A stretch of 64,000 bases of DNA from Trueperaceae bacterium (GTDB taxonomy: Bacteria > Deinococcota > Deinococci > Deinococcales > Trueperaceae). A program made the position numbers and the translations under genes. Under the pieces are notes generated by a model, which saw only the letters and a program-made list of their open reading frames with translations, did no database searches and was not told the DNA's origin. Positions 50,141 through 64,000 of this stretch are shown one piece after another (the first letter of the stretch is position 1; each line of letters begins with the position of its first letter). The stretch lies in NCBI GenBank assembly GCA_034520945.1, contig JAXHNB010000005.1, forward strand, positions 704,001-768,000. The letters run 5' to 3'.

Positions 50141-51087
50141 TCAGGCGCGCACGGCGGCCAGGGCGTCCCGCATCTCGCGGGCGGCGCGGGCCGCTTCGGC
50201 GGGCGGATCGTCGCCGCCTACGTAGGTGAGGCTGCGGCTGGCCGACACGACCGCACCAAGGCCGCCTGCGTCGAACGCGCCGGCGACGTCGCCGGCGCGG
50301 GCGCCCTGCGCGCCGTAGCCGGGCACCAACAGCAGCGCGTGCGGCAGGCGCGCCCGCAACGCCCGCAGCTGCGTGGGGTCGGTGGCGCCGACCACGGCGC
50401 CCAGCGGCCCGTAGCCGCGCGCGTCCACGCCCAGGTCGCGGGCGCGCTCGGTCAAGAGGTCCGCCAGGCGTTCCGACACGGTGCGGGCGCCGGTGGCGGT
50501 GGTCTCCAGCGCCAGGTCTTGCAGGTCGGCCGCGCCGGGGTTGCTGGTGCGGACCAGCACGAACAGGCCGCGGCCGTGGCGCGTCGCGGCCGTCACGAAC
50601 GGTTCCAGCGCGTCCATGCCGAGGTAGGCGTTCACGGTGAGGGCGTCGGCGGCGAACACCCCGTCCTCCAGGTAGGCGCCCGCGTACGCCTCGGCGGTCG
50701 CGCCGACGTCGCCGCGTTTGGCGTCGAGGATGCTGGGGATGTCGCGCTCGCGTAGGTCGGCCAGGAGCTGCGCCATGCCGATCATGCCCGGCACGCCCAG
50801 GCGCTCGAAGAAGGCGCTTTGCACCTTGACGCAGGCCAGGTAGGGCGCCGCCGCATCGATCAGGTCACGGAAGTAGACGGTCACGGCCCGCGCCACCTGG
50901 GCGGGGTCGCCGCCGTGCGTGTCCGGATGGGTGGCGGGGTGGCGTTCGGGGCGGGGGTCGACGCCCAGGCACACGGCCGTGCCCAGCGACGCGATGCGGT
51001 CCAGAACGCGTGCGTGGAACGGCGCGCCTTCCGCGTCCGCGCCGTCGCGCCCGCCGGCCGGGGCGTCCGGCCGGTCGCTGCCTGGGC

Positions 51088-51091
<4 letters not shown>
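50141..51091 (-). CDS. pyrF: Orotidine-5'-phosphate decarboxylase
   Basis: [37 protein letters not shown]. Confidence 0.95.
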
Positions 51092-53880
<2,789 letters not shown>

Positions 53881-54010
53881 GCGTATGGGACTCCCTATCG
53901 ACGGAACGCCGTTCCGGCGGGTCGCCGGCGCGTACGCGGCGACCCGCCGGGGGCCGCCTGGCAAATGCGCTTCAGTCTACCACCCGTGCGTCCCTGGCCC
54001 GTCGGCCGTT

Positions 54011-54577
54011 CTACGCGCCGGGGACGTCCACGCGCGTGATCGCGTTGTTGCCGTAGCGCCGCACGGAGGCCACCTCGTCGCCCGCCCCGGCGAGCGACGC
54101 CAACTCCGGCGCCAGCGCGGCGCGCACGTTCAGATGGGACGGGTGCTGAAACAGGTAGCGACCGCCCGCTCGGGCCGGTCCCGCCTGAAGCACGGCGCGG
54201 AACACCTCCACCACATCGGTGGGGTAGGGGGGTGCCGCGAACACCAGTTCGAACGCGGCGGGGTGGGTGCGTACGTAGGCCAACGCGTCCGCGCGCACGA
54301 CCTCGGCGTCCAGCCCCAGCCGCCGGGCGTTGCGGCGCACCACCTCGGCGGCGCGGCGGTCCCGCTCGACGCAGACGGCGGGAAACCCGCGGCTGGCCGC
54401 TTCCAGGCCTACGGCGCCCGAGCCGGCGTACAGGTCCAGGAACGGGCCCCGCGGGCGGAACTGCACCATGTCGAACACCGCCTCGCGGAGGCGGGCGGGG
54501 CTGGGGCGCGTGCCGCGGGTGGGCGTTTCCAGGACCTGGCCCTTGGCGGAGCCGGACAGGATGCGGGGGCGGGCCAT
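54011..54577 (-). CDS. rsmD: 16S rRNA m2G966 methyltransferase RsmD-like
   Basis: RILSGSAKG, TRPSPARLREAVF, LDLYAGSGAVGLEAASRG, PPY. Confidence 0.85.
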   Translation of the reverse strand: MARPRILSGSAKGQVLETPTRGTRPSPARLREAVFDMVQFRPRGPFLDLYAGSGAVGLEAASRGFPAVCVERDRRAAEVVRRNARRLGLDAEVVRADALAYVRTHPAAFELVFAAPPYPTDVVEVFRAVLQAGPARAGGRYLFQHPSHLNVRAALAPELASLAGAGDEVASVRRYGNNAITRVDVPGA

Positions 54578-54664
54578 GGCGTCATGTTCCCACGTCGTGG
54601 CACCAGGGGGCGCCGCGGTCAAAGGAACGGCGTCGTGGCGGCCGCCGGCTGCTATCGTCGCGCC

Positions 54665-55027
54665 ATGAGTCTGCTGATTCGATGGGCGTTGAACGCCCTG
54701 GCGCTGTGGTTGACGGTGCAACTGAACGTGGGCGTGTCGTTGGCGGCGCAGGGGCTCGGCCCGCTGCTGATCTCGGCGTTGGTGCTGGGCCTCGTCAACG
54801 CCGTCGTGCGTCCGATCATGATCGTGCTGACCCTGCCGCTGACGGTGCTCACCATGGGCCTGTTCCTGCTGGTGGTCAACGCGCTGGCGCTCGGGGTGGT
54901 CGCTGCGTTGACGCCGGTGACGCTGTCCGGCTTCGGCGGAGCGGTGCTCGGCGCTCTGGTGCTCACCGTGATCAGCGCGTTGCTGTCCCGCCTGTTCCAG
55001 GACGAGCGCCCGGTGCGGCTGCGCTGA
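54665..55027 (+). CDS. YvlD/DUF360 4-TM membrane protein (holin-family annotation)
   Basis: LGLVNAVVRP..LTLPLTVLTMGLFLLVVNAL. Confidence 0.85.
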   Translation: MSLLIRWALNALALWLTVQLNVGVSLAAQGLGPLLISALVLGLVNAVVRPIMIVLTLPLTVLTMGLFLLVVNALALGVVAALTPVTLSGFGGAVLGALVLTVISALLSRLFQDERPVRLR

Positions 55028-55044
55028 GCCCGCCGCGCGCCCGC

Positions 55045-57432
<2,388 letters not shown>

Positions 57433-57528
57433 GCCCGAGTAGACACCGCGTTCCGGGCGGGACCCGTAAGCCGGCCGACGTCGCGCAGGCGACGATGATT
57501 CGTCCCCGACGCCGTTTTCGGACGCGCG

Positions 57529-58398
57529 TCAGTCGCGCTCGCTCCGCCCGCCCTGATCAACGCCTGGGGCCAGCGCGGCGGCGTCGCCCCGCATGCCGGC
57601 GTCACGGGCGGCCGCCAGGAGCCGTACCCGCCCCGGCTCGTCGGGATCGAGGCGCCAGGCGTGCAGGCGCGCCCGCAGGGCGAGGGGTCGGTGCGGCGCG
57701 CGCTCGGCGGCCTCCGCGGCCCGCAGCAGTTCCGCCGCGTCGCCCGTGATCCGGGCGGCCGCCATGCGGGCGCGGGCCTCCCCGGCAGCGTCGCCGACCC
57801 GGAGCGCGCGCTCCAGCGCCCGCTCGGCCAAGCGGGCGGCCTTCTCCGGCACGCCGCCCTCGGCGTGCGCGGTCGCGAGCCCCGCCAGCGGCGCGATGGT
57901 GGGGCCGTCGCCGGGCGAGAACTCGGTGATGCCGAGTGCCTCGCCGAAGGCGGCGCGGGCACGGTCGGGTCGGCCGCGCCAGGTCCAGACCTCGCCCCGG
58001 CCGCACAGCGCGCTGATGGCGAGCGTCCCGTCGCGGGCGCGGCGGGCGTGCGCCAGGGCCCGGTCGAAGTGCCCCTCGGCTTCGTCGATGGAGGGTGCGT
58101 CGCCGTACCACTGCAGCGCGTTGCCGAGCTGCAACGCCAGGTAGCCGTCGTCGGCGATGGCGAGCGCGTCGTACAGCCGCCGCAACGCCTGGTCGATCCG
58201 CCCCGAGAACACCGCCAGTTGCCCCGCGCGGGCCCACAGCCGGACCCGCACCTCGGGCCTCGGGGCGGCGTCCTTCTCCAGAATGCGCACCCCCTCTTCG
58301 AACGCGCGCAACGCCTCGTCCGGGTCGGTCGCGAAGTCGCGGGCGACCTGCCGGAGGAGCGCGTCGGCGCCGGGGCGTCCTTCGTGGGTGGCGTCCAT
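57529..58398 (-). CDS. TPR-like helical repeat protein
   Basis: Ala/Leu-rich helical repeats (A..HFDRAL, A.AAFGEAL); TATGGT-N6-ATG. Confidence 0.65.
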   Translation of the reverse strand: MDATHEGRPGADALLRQVARDFATDPDEALRAFEEGVRILEKDAAPRPEVRVRLWARAGQLAVFSGRIDQALRRLYDALAIADDGYLALQLGNALQWYGDAPSIDEAEGHFDRALAHARRARDGTLAISALCGRGEVWTWRGRPDRARAAFGEALGITEFSPGDGPTIAPLAGLATAHAEGGVPEKAARLAERALERALRVGDAAGEARARMAAARITGDAAELLRAAEAAERAPHRPLALRARLHAWRLDPDEPGRVRLLAAARDAGMRGDAAALAPGVDQGGRSERD

Positions 58399-58456
58399 GG
58401 ACGCACCATATCCGGCGGCGGCCGTGCCGTTCGGCGGCTCGGCCGGCGGGCGGCAT

Positions 58457-59719
58457 CTAGGTGGAGCCCCGTCGCAGTTGGGCCAGGTAGAAGCCGTCGA
58501 GCCCGCCTAGGGGCAGGATCGTCACGCCGGTGTCGTGGGCATGGTGGGGGAGGGGCGGATCGAGCGGCGCCAATGTGAACTCGGGGTGGCGCGCCAAGAA
58601 GGCCTCCATGCGTGCCGGGCCCTCCGCGCGCAGCAGCGAGCACACCGCGTAGGTGAGGGTGCCCTGCGGCGCCGTCAGCGTGGCGGCGGTGTCGAGGAGG
58701 CGGTCCTGCAGCTCGGTCAGGCCGGCGACGTCCTCCTCGCGCAATCGCAAGGGGATCTCGGGGTGCGCGCGAAGCGTGCCGGTGCCGCTGCAGGGCGCGT
58801 CCAGCAAAACGCGCGGGGCGGGGGGGAGGCCGGCCGGCACGGTGCGGAGGTCGGCGCGGTGGTGCCGGACGTGAAGGCCCAGGCGGGCCAGGTTGCGCTC
58901 CGCGCGCGCGATCTTGTCGGCGCCTTGCTCCACGGCCGTGACGTCGGCGCCGGTGGCGGCCAGGAGGGCGGCCTTGACGCCGCGCCCCGAGCAGAGGTCC
59001 AGGACGCGCGTACCGGCCAGCGGCGCGACCGTGCGGGCCACCTGCGCGGAGGCGGGGTTCTGCGGCTGCACGGCGCCGTCCTGATAGGCGCGCAGCTCGG
59101 CCAAGGGGGCCGACGGTCGCACCCGCAGCGTGTTCGGGAGCGGGCCGGGCGTCACCTCGCACCCCTCGTCGCGGAGGCGCTCGGCCGCGTCGTCGGCGTA
59201 CGCCAGCAGCCACAGCGGGGCGGGCGCGCGCATGGCGGCGGTCGCCGCGGCGGCGTCCTCGCCCAGCAGGTCCTCGAAGCGGGCGTAGAGCCAGGGGGGA
59301 AGCGAGGCGGCCGTGGCGGGGTCGGGCGCGCGTGGCGGCGCCACCCGGCGCAGCACGGCGTTGGCCAGGCCGCTGAGGCCGGGACGCCTGCGGCGGATCT
59401 CGCCGACCCACTCGTTGGCGACGGCGTGGGCGGGCGTGCCGCGGACCAGGCGTTCGTAGGCGCCCAAGCGGAGCGCCTCGCGCACGTCGAGGGGCAGGCC
59501 TCCCGGGTCGCGGAGGTTCGGCGCCAACGCCGCGTCCAGCCACGTCCGGTTGCGCACCGCCCCGTAGGCGAGGTCGGTGACGAGGGCGCGTTCGCGGCGC
59601 GACAGTTCGGCGCCCCGGAGGGCGCCGTCGAGGGCGGGCGTGAGGTAGGCGCCGCGGGCGACGCGGATCACGACGTCCAGGGCCAGCGAGCGCGGGCCGG
59701 TCGCGACGCGCGGCGCCAC
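58457..59719 (-). CDS. rsmB: RsmB/NOL1 RNA m5C methyltransferase with NusB-like N-terminus
   Basis: LVTDLAYG, LANAVLR, VLDLCSGRGVK, DAPCSGTG, YAVCS, DGFY. Confidence 0.88.
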   Translation of the reverse strand: MAPRVATGPRSLALDVVIRVARGAYLTPALDGALRGAELSRRERALVTDLAYGAVRNRTWLDAALAPNLRDPGGLPLDVREALRLGAYERLVRGTPAHAVANEWVGEIRRRRPGLSGLANAVLRRVAPPRAPDPATAASLPPWLYARFEDLLGEDAAAATAAMRAPAPLWLLAYADDAAERLRDEGCEVTPGPLPNTLRVRPSAPLAELRAYQDGAVQPQNPASAQVARTVAPLAGTRVLDLCSGRGVKAALLAATGADVTAVEQGADKIARAERNLARLGLHVRHHRADLRTVPAGLPPAPRVLLDAPCSGTGTLRAHPEIPLRLREEDVAGLTELQDRLLDTAATLTAPQGTLTYAVCSLLRAEGPARMEAFLARHPEFTLAPLDPPLPHHAHDTGVTILPLGGLDGFYLAQLRRGST

Positions 59720-59727
59720 GGGGCCGC

Positions 59728-60387
59728 TCAGTTGCGCGCGGCCATGATGAAGAACAGCAGGTACATCACGCTGCCGGCGGCCGCGGCGACGTAGGTGAGG
59801 GCGGCCGCGTTCAGCACGCTGCGGGCGCCGTCCGAATCGTTCGGCGTGACCAGGCCCAGCTCGTTCAGCTGCACCATGGCGCGGCGAGAGGCGTCGAACT
59901 CGACGGGAAGCGTGACCAGTTGGAAAAGGACCGCCGCCCCGAACAGCACGATGCCCACCTGCAACAGGCCCGTGGCACCCAACAGGAGGCCGAAGATGGC
60001 CAGGTAGGGGCCGAACCGACCGCCGATGTCGGCGACGGGGACCAAGGTGGAGCGCCACTGCAGCGGGGCGTAGGCGCGGTCGTGCTGGATGGCGTGCCCC
60101 ACCTCGTGGGCGGCGACCGCCATGCCGGCGACGGAGGGCCGGTCATGGATCGCCTCCGACAGGCGGACGACCCTCTTGGTGGGGTCGTAGTGGTCGCTGA
60201 GCTGGCCGCCGACCTTCTCGACGCTCACCTTGTCGGTGAGGTTCGCGTGGTCGAGGATCGCCAGCGCGACCTGCTTGCCCGTCAACTCACTGGCATTGGC
60301 CTTCTTGCTCCAGGTGCCGAAGGTCTGCCTGAGGTACCACTGCGCCCCCAGGGTCATCACCATCATCAGAATGAAGATCGCGAACAT
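59728..60387 (-). CDS. YugP-like membrane zinc metallopeptidase
   Basis: LSDHYDP, AAHEVGHAIQ, LPVEFDASRRA, AAALTYVA. Confidence 0.9.
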   Translation of the reverse strand: MFAIFILMMVMTLGAQWYLRQTFGTWSKKANASELTGKQVALAILDHANLTDKVSVEKVGGQLSDHYDPTKRVVRLSEAIHDRPSVAGMAVAAHEVGHAIQHDRAYAPLQWRSTLVPVADIGGRFGPYLAIFGLLLGATGLLQVGIVLFGAAVLFQLVTLPVEFDASRRAMVQLNELGLVTPNDSDGARSVLNAAALTYVAAAAGSVMYLLFFIMAARN

Positions 60388-60510
60388 CGTGTCAGGGTTC
60401 TCCTTCTCCGTAGGGTCGGTTTCCGTAAGGTCGGGTGCCGCGTCCGGGCGGCACGGATCGGGCGTCGCGTCGGGGCGGAGGGACGAGCCCCCGCCGGACC
60501 TGAGTCTATC

Positions 60511-60813
60511 TTACGCAGAAGTCTTGAGCGTTTCGTGAGCTTCCGAGGCCCGCCGCACCGCGCAGACGTGAAATCGCAGCGCCGTACGCTCCTCGTCCTG
60601 CAGTTGCAGCTTCACGAACGACGGCACGGCCGTGAGGTCGAGCTCGTCCTCCGCGAGGTAGTTGCGGGCCACCGCGATCGCCTTGGCGGCCTGGTTGACG
60701 GCCTGCGGGCCGATGGCCTGCACCTCGACCTCGCCGGCGTGCCTGAGAAGGGCAGCGATCGCGCCTGCGACCGAGTTGGGCCGGGAGGTTCCGGAGACGC
60801 GCAACACTTCGAT
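60511..60813 (-). CDS. spoVS: SpoVS-family protein (probable ATC start)
   Basis: EVLRVSGTSRPNSVAGAIA, QAIGPQAVNQAAKAIAVAR, EERTAL. Confidence 0.9.
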   Translation of the reverse strand: MEVLRVSGTSRPNSVAGAIAALLRHAGEVEVQAIGPQAVNQAAKAIAVARNYLAEDELDLTAVPSFVKLQLQDEERTALRFHVCAVRRASEAHETLKTSA

Positions 60814-60918
60814 GGTCGAACACCCCCTTGCCCCGGAGGTCGTTCGGGGCACCCCCACGCACGGCCGGTCGTCCGCAGGGGACGCCCGGAGAACGGCCGA
60901 CGGCGCGTTCCCCGTTCG

Positions 60919-60947
60919 TTGACATCGAGTCTACCACCTCGTATACT
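60919..60947 (+). promoter_or_regulatory. Sigma-70-type promoter of the ilv operon
   Basis: TTGACA-N17-TATACT. Confidence 0.85.
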
Positions 60948-60955
60948 CCTTCACA

Positions 60956-61072
60956 GTGAGCGACGACGCACACACCCCCGTCCAGAACGTTGCCGGCCGC
61001 CGCACGTCGTGCGGCCGCGTGCGTATCATTCGGGTTCACGAGCTAGTATCGCTCGGGGGTGCCCCCGCGTAG
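60956..61072 (+). CDS. Putative ilv leader peptide (alternative start GTG 61019)
   Basis: GTG at the expected TSS; ends VRIIRVHELVSLGGAPA with ATC ATT, GTT, CTA GTA codons. Confidence 0.65.
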   Translation: MSDDAHTPVQNVAGRRTSCGRVRIIRVHELVSLGGAPA

Positions 61073-61096
61073 TCGTTCACCGACGCGTACGTGGTC

Positions 61097-61133
61097 CGCG
61101 CCCCGCCGTTCCAAAAGATCGGCGGGGCGCGTT
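61097..61133 (+). terminator. Attenuator hairpin upstream of ilvB
   Basis: CGCGCCCCGCCG-N11-CGGCGGGGCGCG perfect 12-bp stem, short TT tail. Confidence 0.65.
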
Positions 61134-61170
61134 ACGTCGCATTCCAGGCCAAGGGCCGATGGAGGATGCC

Positions 61171-62883
61171 ATGAACGGTGCGGAAGTGTTGATGCACGCG
61201 CTCGAACGCCAGGGCGTCGAGATCGTGTTCGGTCACCCCGGCGGCGCGATCATGCCGGTATACGATGCGTTGTACGACGCCAAGCTCCGGCACATCCTCG
61301 TTCGGCACGAGCAGGGCGGGGCGCACGCGGCCGACGCCTACCACCGTGCCTCGGGCCGGCCGGGGGTCGTCTTCGCCACCAGCGGCCCCGGCGCCACCAA
61401 CCTGGTGACCGGTCTGGCCACCGCCATGATGGATTCGAGCGCCGTCGTGGCGATCACCGGCAACGTCGCGACGGACCTGATCGGCACCGACGCCTTCCAG
61501 GAGGCGGACGTGTACGGCATCACCGGGCCGGTGACCAAGCACAACTACCTGGTCAAGCGCGTCGCGGACCTGCCGCGCATCGTGGCCGAGGCGTTCCACA
61601 TCGCCACCACCGGCCGGCCGGGACCGGTGCTGATCGACATCCCCAAGGACGTCCAGAAGGCGGCGTTCGAGGGGGGGCCGCAGGCGTTCGACGTCGAGAT
61701 CGACCTGCCCGGCTACCGCCCGAACTTGGTGGGGCATGCCGGACAGATCCGCAAGGCGGCCAAGGCGATCCGCGAGGCGAAGCGCCCCATCATGATGGTG
61801 GGGGGCGGCTGCCAGGGCGCGGCGGAGGCGGTCATGGGCTTCGCCGACCGCACGGGCGTGCCGATCATCACCACGCTGATGGGCATCGGCGCCTACCCCG
61901 CGGGCGGACCGCAGGCGCTGGGGATGCCCGGCATGCACGGCACGGTCACCAGCAACCGCGCGATCACCGAGTGCGACGTGCTCATCGGGGCCGGACTCCG
62001 GTTCGACGACCGGGTGACCGGCAAGATCAGCCGCTTCGCACCGAACGCGACCGTGGTGCACATCGACGTCGACCCCGCCGAGATCAGCAAGCTGGTACGC
62101 GCCCACGTCCCCGTGGTGGGGGACCTCAAGGACGTGCTGCCACGCCTGGGGGCCGAGCTCGATCGGCTCGAGATCGACGACTGGTGGGACAGGCTGAACG
62201 CCTGGAAGGCGACGTACCCCGAGCGCTACGAGACCGACAAGCCGCTGGTCACCCAAGAGGTCATCCAACTGCTGCAGCGCGAGACCCGGGGCGACTGCAT
62301 CGTCACCACCGAGGTCGGCCAGCACCAGATGTTCGCTGCGCGCCTGTTCCCGACCCACGAGCCACGGACCTGGATCACCTCGGGCGGGCTGGGGACGATG
62401 GGCTTCGGCCTACCCGCCGCCATCGGCGCGTCGTTCGCCCGGCCGGACAAGCAGGTGGTCTGCGTCGCGGGGGACGGCAGCGTGCAGATGAACATCCAAG
62501 AGCTGGCCACGATCGCCAAGAACCGCCTGCCGATCCTGATCGCCATCGTGAACAACGGGGTGTTGGGCATGGTCCGCCAGTGGCAGGAGCTGTTCCACGC
62601 CGAGCGGTTCAGCGAGATTCACCTCGCCGACTCGAACCCGGACTTCGCCAAGTTGGCCGAGGCGTACGGGATCGAGGGCCACACCGTGTCCGACCGTGAG
62701 ACGGCGCAGCGGCTGGTGCCCGAGGTGTTGAGCCGGCGGGGCCCCGCGGTGATCAACTTCATGGTCCACGAGAGCGACAAGATCTACCCGATGGTGCCCG
62801 CGGGCGCCGGCAACGACGAGATGATCATCGGCGATCAGGAACCCGTCATGGCGCCCGCCGCCAAAGAGGAGACCCCGGCATGA
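61171..62883 (+). CDS. ilvB: Acetolactate synthase large subunit
   Basis: FGHPGGA, RHEQG, TSGPGATN, DAFQE, GLGTMGFG, GDGS..NN. Confidence 0.96.
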   Translation: MNGAEVLMHALERQGVEIVFGHPGGAIMPVYDALYDAKLRHILVRHEQGGAHAADAYHRASGRPGVVFATSGPGATNLVTGLATAMMDSSAVVAITGNVATDLIGTDAFQEADVYGITGPVTKHNYLVKRVADLPRIVAEAFHIATTGRPGPVLIDIPKDVQKAAFEGGPQAFDVEIDLPGYRPNLVGHAGQIRKAAKAIREAKRPIMMVGGGCQGAAEAVMGFADRTGVPIITTLMGIGAYPAGGPQALGMPGMHGTVTSNRAITECDVLIGAGLRFDDRVTGKISRFAPNATVVHIDVDPAEISKLVRAHVPVVGDLKDVLPRLGAELDRLEIDDWWDRLNAWKATYPERYETDKPLVTQEVIQLLQRETRGDCIVTTEVGQHQMFAARLFPTHEPRTWITSGGLGTMGFGLPAAIGASFARPDKQVVCVAGDGSVQMNIQELATIAKNRLPILIAIVNNGVLGMVRQWQELFHAERFSEIHLADSNPDFAKLAEAYGIEGHTVSDRETAQRLVPEVLSRRGPAVINFMVHESDKIYPMVPAGAGNDEMIIGDQEPVMAPAAKEETPA

Positions 62884-63407
62884 GCGCGCGCCGTCACGTC
62901 ATCTCCGTTACCGTTCGCGACCAGCCGGGGGTGCTGGTCCGCATCGCAGGGCTGTTCGCGCGGCGCGGCTTCAACATCGAGTCGCTGTCGGTCGCGCAGT
63001 CCGAGTCGCCCGGCCTGAGCCGCACGACCTTCGTGGTCAACGGCGACTCGGACACGATCGAGCAGGTGAAGAAGCAGCTGCAGAAGCTGATCGACGTGAT
63101 CCGCGTCAATGACCACACCGAGACCCACTTCGTCGACCGTGAGTTGATGCTGATCAAGGTCGCCGTCCGCCACCCCGAGGATCGGGTCGAGATGCGCCAG
63201 ATCGCGCACGACTTCCGGGCCCGCATCGTCGACGTGAGCCGCCGCGCCCTGATCTTCGAGGTGACCGGCGACGAAGGCAAGATGAACGCGTTCATCGAGC
63301 AGATGCGCGACTTCGGCATCGTCGAACTGATCCGTACCGGCCGCGTGGCCCTGCCGCGTAGCGCCGAATCCACCGAAGCGCCCGAACGCCGCGCCCGCGT
63401 GGCGTGA
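62880..63407 (+). CDS. ilvN: Acetolactate synthase small subunit
   Basis: [32 protein letters not shown]. Confidence 0.96.
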   Translation: MSARRHVISVTVRDQPGVLVRIAGLFARRGFNIESLSVAQSESPGLSRTTFVVNGDSDTIEQVKKQLQKLIDVIRVNDHTETHFVDRELMLIKVAVRHPEDRVEMRQIAHDFRARIVDVSRRALIFEVTGDEGKMNAFIEQMRDFGIVELIRTGRVALPRSAESTEAPERRARVA

Positions 63408-63433
63408 CCCGACCCCCTTCAGGAGGCCCCCGC

Positions 63434-64000
63434 ATGGCAGACATCTACTACGACGACGACGCGAACCTGCAACTGCTGGAGGGCAAGACCATCGCCATCC
63501 TCGGCTACGGCAGCCAGGGGCACGCCCACGCCCGCAACGCCCAGGACTCCGGGCTCGACGTGGTGGTGGGGTTGCGGGAGGGCTCGTCCTCCCGCCGCGA
63601 GGCGGAAGCCGCCGGCCTGAAGGTCACCTCGGTCGCCGAGGCGGCCGCGGCCGGCGACATCGTGATGGTGCTGCTCCCCGACGAGGCCCAGGGCGAGGCG
63701 TACCGCGAGCAGATCGCCCCCGGCCTGCGCGAGGGCGACATGCTGATGTTCGCGCACGGCTTCAACGTGCACTTCCATCAGATCGTGGCCCCAGACGGCG
63801 TGGACGTCGCCATGGTGGCCCCGAAAGGGCCCGGCCACCTGGTGCGCCGTGTGTTCGAGCAGGGCGCCGGCGTGCCGTGCCTGCTGGCGGTGCACGTCGA
63901 CGCCACCGGCGAGGCGACGGGGCGCGCGCTGGCCTACGCCAAGGCGATCGGCGGCACCCGCGGCGGCGTGCTGGGGACGACGTTTCAGGAGGAGACCGAG
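63434..64000 (+). CDS. ilvC: Ketol-acid reductoisomerase (partial, runs off window end)
   Basis: [44 protein letters not shown]. Confidence 0.95.
   Translation, partial: MADIYYDDDANLQLLEGKTIAILGYGSQGHAHARNAQDSGLDVVVGLREGSSSRREAEAAGLKVTSVAEAAAAGDIVMVLLPDEAQGEAYREQIAPGLREGDMLMFAHGFNVHFHQIVAPDGVDVAMVAPKGPGHLVRRVFEQGAGVPCLLAVHVDATGEATGRALAYAKAIGGTRGGVLGTTFQEETE

Noticed and set aside
54665..55027. Holin-family gene as a prophage sign
   Set aside because: YvlD/DUF360 genes are common chromosomal membrane proteins, and no other phage genes are nearby.
60511..60813. SpoVS (and PSP1) as evidence of sporulation
   Set aside because: Both families occur in non-sporulating bacteria; no sporulation genes are in the window.

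Overview
Very GC-rich (roughly 70-75% by eye) bacterial chromosomal segment, most likely Deinococcota (Trueperaceae-like). This is inferred from the DUF3248/DUF3809/DUF1999-like genes, SpoVS, the short prfB first ORF and pervasive leaderless genes. It is densely packed with about 64 mostly housekeeping CDSs: dxr-S2P-rseP-GT2, cdaA-cdaR-def-fmt-der, prfB, ygfZ, a split B12 mutase, truD, rnhB, holB, glgP, pgl, lepB, htrA, mnmE, hemL, truA, fakA, pyrF, secA, rsmD, lon, rsmB, spoVS and ilvBNC. I see no rRNA, tRNA, CRISPR array, transposase or integrase. The most interesting signals are small and regulatory. (1) An unannotated promoter / 16-codon leaderless ORF / terminator cassette precedes a C4 zinc-ribbon gene. 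(2) A leaderless Ile/Val/Leu leader-peptide attenuator precedes ilvB. (3) spoVS probably starts at an ATC codon. (4) The B12 mutase carries isobutyryl-CoA-mutase (Phe/Gln) rather than methylmalonyl-CoA-mutase specificity residues. (5) prfB has the programmed +1 frameshift. (6) Many genes have a TAnnnT-N5-7-start leaderless layout. (7) One lipoprotein gene is distinctly lower in GC. All calls come from reading motifs by eye; no database searches were run. Many start codons were re-picked from the ORF track using SD or -10 context.
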